Source of the DNA: Pristiophorus japonicus | Lineage: Eukaryota | DNA: 64,000 bases | Assembly (NCBI RefSeq): GCF_044704955.1 | Contig: NC_091984.1 | Coordinates: 53,382,001 to 53,446,000 of the forward strand | Direction: 5' to 3' | In this document: one piece after another, positions 12,370 to 23,069 of the stretch | Numbering within the stretch: position 1 is the first letter of the stretch | How the letters are laid out: every line of letters starts with the position of its first letter | The notes under the pieces: model-generated | What the model was told of the DNA's origin: nothing | Seen by the model: only the letters and a program-made list of their open reading frames with translations | The model's database searches: none | Program-made: the position numbers and the translations under genes

Positions 12370-12660
12370 TGAGACAGTAGTCAAGTAAGCGAATAGAATC
12401 AATGGGAATGGAGCAGAGTTTATTTTGGCAGTATTCCCAATGTTGAAGTGAAGGAAGTTATGAGTCATCCAAGGCTGGATGTCAGACAAACTGCTTGACA
12501 GCAAAGAGGTAGTTGAGAGGCTGAAAGAGGGAGTGGTGAGTGCCATTGATGTACATGTGAAAGCTGATCCCTTGCCTGCAGATGATGTCACCAAGGAACA
12601 GCATGGTGATGTAGCAGGACCAACAGTAGGTCTCTGGAGAATGCTGGAGAATGATGTAGG
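12370..12660 (-). mobile_element. Old L2 LINE RT fragment
   Basis: Minus-strand peptides ..GDIICRQGISFHMYINGT (decayed HMYADDT) and LSDIQPWMTHNFLHFNIGNT (L2-type WM..NFL.LN..KT). Confidence 0.7.
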
Positions 12661-13645
12661 TCAGTTTTATCAATAGGTTGATTAATATACGGAAGCTGAA
12701 TGACAGACACTGGAACAGCACAACATTAAAAAAAAATAGAATCAGTCCATAAAGGGTTACAATACTCCTTTTCAAATGTATTTCCTACAGGGCCTGATAG
12801 GTGGCAAAGCTTTTGAATAAAACAATCTGGTATGTTTCTTGGCAGAGCTTCCAGGTGTGATTTTAACAATGTGAATCTCACATCATCAACAGAGTTGAGG
12901 CTTCCTGCCAAAACTGAAAACTGGGAGACTATCCAGTTTAAAGCCCTCTGAAATTATAGCTGTAAATCACCCATGTTTGAACATAAGAACATAAGTATAA
13001 CGGTAGAAATTATTGCATTTAATGCTGATAAGGAGGTGCTATCATGTTACTGGGGTCAGGGTACCTGCCAAATCAATTGGCATCTAGAACAAAGTTCCTA
13101 TAACCTGTCTAATTTCCAGATCAATTGATCTGGGCTGGTTTCACAGAACACTTATCTGCGACCTTCATTGTGTACTTTGCTGAAGAAAGACAGCTTCTAT
13201 GTTAATTTTATGAAATAAAATACAGACATCTCTCTAGCTCCCTATTTCATCACATGCCCCACAACCATTCAGAGTCATTTATGAGGAATGAACCTGTGCC
13301 GTGACTATGGTAGATGAAGAGGTGGACTTGGATCCGATTATACAAAAAGTTTTTGTTTGGCATGCATTTTTGCAGAGTTAATAAAGGTCATACAGGGTCA
13401 TGCATTGTATCATTGCACTGTATCATGCATTGTTTATCTGCAAAAATGGATATTGGTATGCATGAGAGAACCAACATGAGGCAACCTACTTGACCTGGTC
13501 CTCACAAACCTACCTGTTGCAGATGCATCTGTCCATGACCACATTGGTAGTAGTGACCACCGCACAGTCTTTGCAGAGACGATGTTCCAGCTTCACACTG
13601 AGGATGCCCTTCATCATGTTGTGTGGCACTACCTCTGTGCTAAAT

Positions 13646-14698
13646 CCCGAGAGTGAGGATAAATGGTTCATTCCCTGGTTGGCAACCAGCAACTAGTGGG
13701 ATGCCACAGGAATTTTGACAATCTATATTAATGACTTGGAAGAAGGGACTGAGTGTAACGTGGCCAAATTTGATGACGATACAAAGATGGGAGGAAAAGC
13801 AATGGGTGAGGAGGATACAAAAAATCTGCAAAAGGACATTGACAGGCTAAGTGAGTTGTCGAAAATTTGGCAGATGGAGTATAATGTTAGAAAGTGTGAG
13901 GTCATGCACTTTGGCAGAAAAAGAGCAAGTTATTATTTAAATGGTGAAAGATTGCAAAGTGCTGCAGTACAGTGGGACCTGGGGGTACGTGCATGAAACA
14001 CAAAAAAGGATCGTATGCAAGTACAGCAGGTGATCAGGAAGGCCAATGGAATCTTGGCCTTTATTGCAAAGGGGATGCAGTATAAAAGCAGGGAAGTCTT
14101 GCTACAGCTATACAGGGTATTGGTGAGGCCACACCTGGAATACTGCGTGCAGTTTTGGTTTCCATATTTACGAAAGGATATACTTGCTTTGGAGGCAGTT
14201 CAGAGAAGGTTCACTAGGTTGATTCCAGAGATGAGGGGGTTGACTAATGAGGAAAGCTTGAATAGGTTGGGCCTCTACTCAATGGAATTCAGAAGAATGA
14301 GAGGTGATCTTATCGAAACGTATGAGGGGGCTTGACAAGGTGGATGCAGAGAGGATGTTTCCACTGATGGGGGAGACTAGAACTAGAGGGCATGATCTTA
14401 GAATAAGGGGCCGCCCATTTAAAACAGAGATGAGAAGAAATTTCTTCTCTCAGAGGGTTGTAAATCTGTGGAATTCGCTGCCTCAGAGAGCTGTGGAAGC
14501 TGGGACATTGAATAAATTTAAGACAGAAATAGACAGTTTCTTAAACAATAAGGAGATAAGGGGTTATGGGGAGCAGGCAGGGAGGTGGAGCTGAGTCCAT
14601 GATCAGATCAGCCATGATCTTATTGAATGGCGGAGCAGGCTCGAGGGGCCGTGGCCGTATGGCCTACTCCTGTTCCTATTTCTTATGTTCTTATTTCT
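13646..14698 (+). mobile_element. CR1 LINE 3' portion
   Basis: IYINDL..KFDDDTK, LVRPHLEYCVQFW, NFFSQRVVNLWN; tail TTCTTATG; apparent TSD TAAAT (13641-45 and 14699-703). Confidence 0.95.
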
Positions 14699-14714
14699 TA
14701 AATGGGAAAGATTC

Positions 14715-15194
14715 AGAACATAAGAAATAGGAACAGGAGTAGGCCATTTGGCCCCTTGAGCCTGTTCCACCATTCAATAAGATCATGGCTGATCTGATCA
14801 TGGACTAAGCTCCGCTTCCCTGCCCGCTCCCCATAACCCTTTATTCCCTTATCGCTCAAAAATCTGTCCATCTCTGCCTTAAATATATTCAATGACCCAG
14901 CCTCCACAGCTCTCTGGGGCAGAGAATTCCGGAGATTTACAACCCTCTGAGAGAAGAAATTCCTCCTCATCTCAGTTTTAAATGGACGGCCCCTTATTTT
15001 GAAACTATGTCCCCAAGTTTTAGTTTCCTCTATGAGTGGAAATATCCTCTCTGCATCCACCTTGTCGAGCCTCCTCATTAACTTATATATTTCGATAAGA
15101 TCACCTCTCATTCTTCTGAACTCCAATGTGCATAGGCCCAACCTACTCAACCTATCTTCATAAGTCAACCCCCACATCTCTGGAATCAACCTAG
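14715..15194 (-). mobile_element. CR1 LINE 3' fragment, tail-to-tail with the preceding copy
   Basis: ORF 14713-15189: RRMRGDL..RRNFFSQRVVNL; tail AGAACATAAGAAATAGG on the plus strand. Confidence 0.95.
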
Positions 15195-16305
15195 AAGAGC
15201 ATGCCAGGAGAATACATCTAGCAGCTCAAAACTGGGCTTCTACCAGTTGTGGTGGAATATAATTCTGCTGCTGCTGAGGTGCTGTGGGTCACAACCTACA
15301 ATCTCATGGCCCGGCATTTTGCTCACTCTTCCATGATTATCAAGCCAGGTGACCAACCCTGCTTCAATGAGGAGTGCAGAAGAGCATGCTAGGAGCAACA
15401 CCTTGCGTACCTAAAAAAGAGGTGCCAACCTGGTGAAGCTGCAAAACAGGACTACATGCATGCTAAACAGCGGAAGCAGCATGCTATAGACAGAGATGAG
15501 CGATTCCATAACCATAAGATCAGACCAAAGCTGCAGTCATGCCACATCCAGTCATAAATGGTGATGAACAATTAAACAACTAACAAGAGGAGGCGGCTCC
15601 ATGAACGTCCCCATCCTCAATGATGGTGGAGACCAGCACATGAGTACAAAAGACAAGGCTGAAGCATTTGCAACCATCTTCAGCCAGATATGCCGAGTGG
15701 ATGATCCATTTCGGCCGCCTCCTGAGGTCCCCACCATCACAGAAGCCTGTCTTTAGCCAATTCAATTCTCTCCACGTGATATCAAGAAACGGTTGAGTGC
15801 ACTAGATACAGCAAAGGCTATGGGTCCCGACAACATTTTGGCTATCGTGCTGAGGACTTGTGCTCCAGAACTAGCCATGCCTCTAGCCAAGCTGTTCCAG
15901 TACAGCGACAACACTGACAGCTACCCAACGAAGTGATACAAAAAGCAGGACAAATCCTATTTGGCAAATTACCGCCCCATCAGTCTATTCTCAATCATCA
16001 GCAAAGTGATGGAAGATGTCGTCGACAGTTCTATCAAGCGGCACTTACCAGTAACTTGCTCACCAATGCTCAGTTTGGGTTCCGCCAGGACCACTCGGCT
16101 CCATACTTCATTACAGCCTTAGTTCAAACATGGACAGAGGAGTGAATTACAGAAGTGAGGTGAGAGTGACTGCCATCAAGGCAGCATTTGACCAAGTGTG
16201 GCATCAAGGAGTAAAATTGAAGTCAATGGGAATCACGGGAAAACTCTCCACTGGCTAGACTCATACCTAGTACAAAGGAAGATGGTTGTGGTTGTTGGAG
16301 GCCAG

Positions 16306-16465
16306 TTTAATTTTTTTTTTGATTGTGCGACCCCTTTAACTGGCTGCATGACTCGTTCAAGTTCAAATTCTCACACATGCGCATTTTTACCATTTAAAAG
16401 CCAAAGAGTGGCCTGCACAGGGCCTTCAGACCGCTGCATAGCAGCGCAGCTTAAGGGAAACCTTG
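16306..16465. mobile_element. Short DNA-transposon (hAT-like MITE) fragment inserted in the LINE
   Basis: Interrupts GGAGGCCA|ATCTCAGCCCCAGG of the LINE. Ends GCAGCGCAGCTTAAGGGAAACCTTG, like CAATGTTCCCTCTAAGCTGCGC-type TIRs; left end missing. Confidence 0.45.
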
Positions 16466-17539
16466 ATCTCAGCCCCAGGACGTCGCTGCAGGAGTTCTTC
16501 ATGGTAGCATTTTGGGCCAACCATTGTCAGCTGCTTCATCATGACCTTCCCTCCATTTTAAGGTCAGAGGTGGGGATGTTCGCTGATAATTTCACAGTAT
16601 TTGGTTCCATTCGCAACTCCTCTGATAACAGCAATCTGTGCCCACATGCAGCAAGACGTGGACAGCATTCAGGCCTGTGCTGATAAGTGGCAAGTAATAG
16701 TCGTGCCACACAAGTGCCAGACAATGACCATCTCCAACAAGAGAGAGTGTAACCACCAACCCTTGACATTCAACGGCATTTCCATCATAGAATCTCCTAC
16801 CATCAACATTGACCAGAAACTTAACTGGATCAGCCACATAAATACTATGACCTACTCTTGAAGCCAGAGGCTGGATATTGTGCGGCGAGCAACTCACTTC
16901 CTGACTCCCGAAAGCTTTTCCACCATCAACAAGGCATGAATGTGTTGGAATACTGTCCACTTGCCTGGCTGAGTGCAGCTCCAACAACACTCAAGAAGCT
17001 CCACACCATCCAGAACACAGCCCGCTTGTTTGGCACTCCATCCACCACCTTAAACATTCATTCCCTCCACCACCGGTGCACCGTGGCTGCAGTGTGTACC
17101 ATGTACAAGATGCACTGTCGCAACTTGCTAAGGCTTCTCCGCAGCACCTCCAAAACCCGCAACCTCTACCACGTAGAAGGACAAGGGTAGCAAGCGCATG
17201 GGAACATCACCACCTGCGAGTTCCCTTCCAAGTCGCACAAAATCCTGACTTGGAAATATATCACCATTCCTTCATCGTCACTGGGACAAAATCCTCGAAC
17301 CCCCTCCCTAACAGCACTGTGGCAGTACCTTCACCATACAGACTGCAATGGTTGGTGATGGCTATATATGGTAAATTATAGCTGAAAGCTATACATTTCT
17401 TTGCACAGTGGAAAAAGGTTGCCCTAACTGACTCACAATTGCTGATAATTTCTCATTACCATGCCAACTTTCATTTGTGATAACCTTCTCTAAATGCTTC
17501 CAATTGTTAGTTAAAAGAAAACTATAAACTTCTCCCATT

Positions 17540-18072
17540 GGCAGGGACTGCCCCACGGTCCCTAGCTTGGGGTCTTGTAGTGCAGACTTTCCCACCCGAC
17601 AGCCAGCCAGCCTCTTGACCTAACTGGCTTCCACGTACCGCCGGGGAGAGGAGCACTGATGTGCAACTTCACAAATTGCATTTGTGATCGATTTTTGGCT
17701 CTCTCAGGACCCGTATCCTGCACCCAGAATAGTGACAGGTCAAACTTGTCGGTGCAGCCCTGCCAGCAGCGGTAAGTATATAGACCTGCAGAAAAGGTAA
17801 GTTAAAGTTTTTATTTTTTAATTCTTTTTCAGCGATTTAGTAGGTAAGGGTTTTGAATGTTTTTTTCTCCCCCCCCCGCCCAAGTCCTTTGTTGCAGCGC
17901 TATCGGCCCCGGAGTAAATTTGCCGAAATTTGCGGTTTGCTCCGTGAACCCTTGTCCAATGCCAATTTTTACCAACTAAAGGCTGAAAAGCGGGCCTAAA
18001 AACAGTAGCACAGCGAAAATGGTAATTTTGGCGTAAAACTACTGTTTTCGCTGCAAACTGAAATTCCAGCCC
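17540..18072. mobile_element. Non-autonomous Harbinger-derived fragment
   Basis: CpG-rich; right end GAAATTCCAGCCC matches the TIR style of other copies; left TIR not found. Confidence 0.5.
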
Positions 18073-19149
18073 AAAGTCCTTTCTGTTGTATTGATGGTTT
18101 TTTTTCAAGCCATTATTCAGATCTCCAGCTGCCTATCACCAAGTCATTTTTGGTAATTATGAGTGCTGTTCTTTTCCGGGTAGTTTGATAGTCCAGTAAA
18201 TTGCTTCCTTTAATCCAGCAACCTGTTTGCAATTCTGCAGGTACAGTACACATATTCAAGGACATTATTACCATTCAACCTTGTATGATGTAATTGGTAC
18301 CATGTTGTTCTTTTGTGGACTTTAGTTTTGAATTTGGCTTCAAAATTTGCTGGCGCCTGCAGGTTGTGTGATATTCGCACCAGGAACTAATTTGAAACAT
18401 CTCCCTAGTAAATTTCTACTCGTAAGTGTGCCTTTGTTTGTCTTATGCTGTAGCTTTGTTCTTATGTAGAGCATTTGAAAATGATGTAAGAAACTGAAGC
18501 TGTCTTCCAAAAATATTGTACGGGGAGAATTACATTTGTACTTGTGAAGTTTAGAGGAAAGAATATAGTTGTGCAAGTGTGTTTACATGCACAAAGATTT
18601 GTTTTCTGAGGATTTTATGATCCATTTTGATGTTTTGTGAGGATATCTTGAAGCAGTTTTGAGTGGATGGTCAACAACCAATTACAGTACAACTATTCTC
18701 ACATAGCTTGAATTTCAAACATTGTGAGACTTGACGTCATGAGCGCTGACCCTGCTGTAAATTGCAGAGTCCGCAAATTTAAATACAAAGAGACATGCAA
18801 GCTGTGTAAATAAAGCCTGCAATGCCTCCAATAAACTGGGCAGGGGCAGAAAACAGTTCAGATCCATAAGTAAGGCCACAAATGTGCACTAGCTATCTGG
18901 CAGGGGAGGCGTTTGGAAAATATCTGGGGGAAGGGGCCAAAAATACCTGGAGGGAGACAGAAAATGCCTGAAGGAGAGGCTGGGATAATTGAGGGAAGGG
19001 AGTAGTATATGGAAGCAGAGCCGAGAATATTTGGGGAGTGGACTTAAAAACTGAAGGAGAGACAGATACATGGTACAAAAGCAAGATATGAAACCTGCTC
19101 CTTCAAGGGGCAGTGGCAGCACAAGAGGATGCCTGCAACAAAGATGGTA

Positions 19150-19850
19150 GCCAGAGTAAAGAAGTAGATGGCAAACATTGGCAGCCAGTCGTAATTAATA
19201 TACAGAGCAGGAGGGATGAGCTGTTTTGGATCAGGGAGCTGGAGAGCCTCCCAGAATGTGGTGTGTACTGTGGGGAGAGGTGGCTATGGCTGTAAGTGGC
19301 ACCTCCTTGAAGCCCAGACTCATTTACAGTGCAAGAACAAGTTTAATGACCTTTCAGGAAAACCAAGGTAAGCTGCCTGCTCCCCATGACCTTTCCCTGT
19401 AGTCTCTTTACACGTGTGGCATTCTTTCATTCATTATCCTCACTGTGCCAGAGATGAAAGTGAAACTGATGTTGAATAGCAGAGGCCCTCCTGAAGTCAG
19501 CTCTTGGCTCCAGAGCCAGTGGATTCAGATCTCTGGGTTTCTGCTTTAAAAAGGTTGCTGGATGAGGTTCACTCACATGGCTTAAAGTACCATCTTGGAG
19601 GACCTGAGGCAGATAATAGGGGTCACGGTGGAGTCCAATGCCATCCTCAGTACCAATATCCAAAAAAGATTTGACACATTGCAGCACTACATGGGACAAG
19701 TGTCAGCACTTCTTGGAACATCTGCATCTGTTCAGTATAACAGTGAGGCCATAAGACTTTGCAGGGAGGATTTGGAGTGAACAATGGCAACCTGCTTCAG
19801 AGAGATTCTGGATGCCATCTCTCAGCATCTGGAGGATCTATTGAAGTCCT
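19150..19850 (+). pseudogene. Relic Harbinger Myb/SANT gene
   Basis: ..QSRRDELF....LWGEVAMAVSGTSLKPR..LQCKNKFNDL followed by donor AG|GTAAGC at ~19368; later helical segment (ORF 19595-19780). Confidence 0.65.
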
Positions 19851-19857
19851 TACTACT

Positions 19858-20000
19858 AGGGGGATCAAGGGGTATGGTGAGAAAGCAGGAATGGGGTACT
19901 GAAGTTGCATGTTCAGCCATGAACTCATTGAATGGCGGTGCAGGCTAGAAGGGCCAAATGGCCTACTCCTGCACCTATTTTCTATGTTTCTATGTTTCTA
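19858..20000 (+). mobile_element. CR1 3' tail fragment
   Basis: GGGATCAAGGGGTATGG..GGCCTACTCCTGCACCTATTTTCTATGTTTCTATG, same family as 37110-38872 and 47137-49332. Confidence 0.9.
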
Positions 20001-20771
20001 TCTAACTGGTATCATCAGGTCTGCCCTCCCGCTAATCAGCGGACAAGCCAATCCAGGGTCCAGGCATGAGTGGAGTCTGCTTTTATGATGCCTTCCCCTG
20101 GTGACAGTTAATGTGATCGTTCTAATCATCCCTCTCAGATGCTTGCTCATATAGATGTCAGAATACAGGACCAGGATGCCAAAACATCTGCTGAAGAACC
20201 ATCCCACAACTAGTAAACTCCATTAGGAATGGGGCACAAAATATTTTTCTCCTGGGCGCGGTGATAACAGCATCCCCCACAGAATTGGGTGGCGGTTTTG
20301 CGGAGGCAATACGAGGTAGTGCCCTGCTCGGCTGCGCGTGGTGATAATTACATCATCGCCGTGCGCAGCGCCCCATTACCACCCCGGAAGTGAAATTCGG
20401 CTGCGCATCCTCACTTAACGCCTGGCTTCAGCTGTCGAGTTGGAGTCGGGAGTCAGCCGGAGCAGCACTATTTAAAGACACCATCGTGAAAAAAATTTCT
20501 GTTGGTCATTACTCTTTGCAGAATGCTAACACATAAGCAGAGTGGCTGGTGGACAGATTGTAGCAATTTTGACTTCAAGGACTCTTCTGTCTCCTAACTA
20601 TTCCCCTGTATCACTCAGGGCAGATTTCAAATCACAACATTTCTCTCATTTCATTGGGTTTGTGTTGGCACTCGACCTCCTGCTCTGACGTCACTGTCGG
20701 AGGATACTTAGGCAAAAATAAAGACATAGAGAAAGGCAGGGAGAAGGACATGGGGCAAGACGGGGAGAGGC

Positions 20772-22054
20772 TGTAAGGGCGGGCGGGGGGGCGGTGGTGG
20801 TGTTTTTGGTCTCTATGAGGGGGTCAGTTCCCTTCTGACCAACTTGAGCGGTTTCGAATCGCTCCCCATCCATTGGGTTCTGTACTCTGGATTTATTTGG
20901 GGGGTGTGACAAAAGTGCAGAGGACACTGGTTTGATGCAAAGAACTTTGATTTTATTACAGTCAAAGTAATACAGGCTTATTATTCCAGTAAGAAAATAC
21001 ACAGCCAAACTTACAATCCCTCTAATAAAGAACAATACAAGGAAAGGTACAAGGTCAAACTTAAAATCACTCCAATAAAGAACAATGCAAGGAAAGGTAC
21101 AAGGTCAAACTTAAAATCACTCTAATAAAGAACAATGCACTACACATTCAAAGGGGATTGCAGTAAAATTATACCTCCCACCTCCCAATACCTAATTCTA
21201 GCTAGGTTAGACTCCATGGCGGCAGGGATCTATGCTTACCAATCCTTTTGATAGTTAATGGTAGATGGTGATGTTCGTTCTTCCTTCAGGACTTCAAGAC
21301 TTCGAGGCTGGAGAAGTTAGTTTTACAACTGTCATGTTGGTTTCTCTCCTTGTCTTGATGAGGTCGTAGCGACCACCTCTCTTCCCCCACTCTCTCTCTT
21401 CACCTTCTTGGCTCTCTAATCTCTGTTGAAAACAGTGGCCAGTTATACGATTTCAGTGTTCTAATCTTACCACCAAATCTCTTCACAATCCTTTGCATAA
21501 TTTTGGCGGGCTTGGTTCTTCTTTGTAATATTTTGGCGGGCTCGTTAAAGTTGGTATGTCTTGGGTGGGTTGATCTTCGAAAAACTGTTTCCTGATGGAA
21601 ATATTAGTTTGGTAATTGCAATGTCCTTTTGTGCTGAGTCTTTCGCATACAGGCTGGATTGGGCCTCTTTGTGATGTATATGCTGAAAATGGTTTGTCCA
21701 GACCCATGTTGATGGGGAGCTATCTCTAGGTGATACTGTGATGGTAATGTCTCTTGTGGAGGAAGATTTCCAAATACTCATTCTTCCAGACAGGTTAACT
21801 CCGTCCTCACACCCAGCTAGTTCCAATAATCAAGTGGGCTTCTTTTGTTCCCTAGGTCCGCCCACAGGCTTGAATTTGTCTTGTAAAAGTTCATAATTCT
21901 ATTAAAGTTCGTAGTTTCTTCCATAAGCACTTTAGAGTTCCAAATTTTTCGATAAATAGTCCCAAATTAAATTTCCTTTCGAATGAGCCTAAACACAGGG
22001 CTGGGGGCGGGGGGGGGGGGGGGGGGGCGGTCCTGGTGAATTTTGCTCTCTGCA
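20772..22054 (-). mobile_element. Solo LTR (ERV-like or other LTR element), copy 1
   Basis: TG...CA termini; flanks AGGC/AGGT (4-bp TSD, one transition); colinear with 49345-50846; minus-strand AATAAA at 20952-57. Confidence 0.85.
21021..21139. repeat. 50-bp tandem repeat (~2.4 copies) inside solo LTR copy 1
   Basis: TCYAATAAAGAACAATRCAAGGAAAGGTACAAGGTCAAACTTAAAATCAC starts at 21021, 21071 and 21121; one unit fewer in copy 2. Confidence 0.95.
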
Positions 22055-23069
22055 AGGTACAGGGAGAAAGGCAGCAAAATGTCACCAGAGGGAGAAGGCC
22101 CAACAGGGACGGCAATAGAGACCTTATCCTCCCAGGATATTCCAGCAACAGTTCTCCTACACAAATTTCACTGAGGAACAGTGTGTTTGAAGGTTGTGCT
22201 TCAGCAAGGATGTGGCCACACAGCTCTGCCATCTGCTGCAACCAGACCTCGAGCCTCAGACAAGGGTGAGGACGGCTCTCTCAGTGGCAGTCAAGGTCAC
22301 CATCGTGCTCAATTTCTACAGCGATAGGAGATAGCTCCAACATCTCCCAGTTTGGCGTCTATTGCTCCATCCACGCTGTCACAGATGCTCTGTATGGAAG
22401 GAGGAGAGACTACATCTCTTTCCCCATCATGCAGCATGCCATTGGCTGCATCCACATTGCTTTGAGGGCACCGCATCTCAATCCTGAGAACCTCCGTAAC
22501 CGCAAAGGCTTCCATTCACTGTGCAACTGGTCTGCGACCACACACGCAGAATCCTCACCGTCAATGTCCGCTATCCTAGCAGCAGCCACAATGCCTTCAT
22601 CCTGCGCCAGACCAGTGTGCCAGCTCTTTTCCAGCCACCACATCAAGCTTGTGGCTGGCTGTTCAGAGACCAGGGCTATCCGCTCTCCACTGGCTCATGA
22701 CTTTCCCCCCCCTCCCCCTTCAAACCCACCACTCCTGCCCAGCACTCATACAATGAGAACCATGCCACCACCAGAAACATCTTTGAATAGACCATCAGAA
22801 TGCTGAAGCAACAGTTCTGCTGCCTTGACCGTTCACAAGGACTCCTCCAGTACTCGCTTGAGCGGGTGTCCCTATTTGTCGTTGTCGTCTGCTGCATGCT
22901 GCACAACTTCGCCATCATGAAGGCACGGCCATTACCAACAGGCATAGCTACACCACAGGAGGAGGAAGAGGAGCAGGAGCAGCAACAACAGGGACGGAGG
23001 AGGCAGTGAGCCCATTGCGATTTTGCAAGGGAGGTCTGCGACCATCTCACCAGAGTTTGGTTCCAGTGA
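22055..23069 (+). pseudogene. HARBI1-like (DDE_Tnp_4) Harbinger transposase, disrupted
   Basis: RPYPPRIF..SYTNFTEEQC..RLCFSK..LCHLL..ALSVAVKVTIVLNFY; AIGCIHIALRAP..NRKGFHSL (cf. AIDCTH..NRKGFHS); LKQQFCCLD..LQYS..CCMLHNFA; multiple stops and frameshifts. Confidence 0.9.

Larger units (their letters stand above)
13465..17353 (+). mobile_element. CR1-group (Zenon-like) LINE ORF2, decayed, host to two CR1 insertions and a small DNA-transposon fragment
   Basis: EN end NLLDLVLTN..HDHIGSSDHRTV (13480-13570). Resumes at ~15210 with DQPCFNEECRRAC, KAMGPDNI..VLRTCAPELA, NYRPIS, QFGFRQDHS, MFADN, LEYCPLAW. Confidence 0.88.

Noticed and set aside
18241-18288. Possible exon encoding GTVHIFK (WD40/PROPPIN-like)
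   Set aside because: Similarity is only 6-7 residues, the donor is weak and there are no supporting exons.
21021-21139. CRISPR-like array
   Set aside because: Direct tandem units with no unique spacers, in eukaryotic LTR context.
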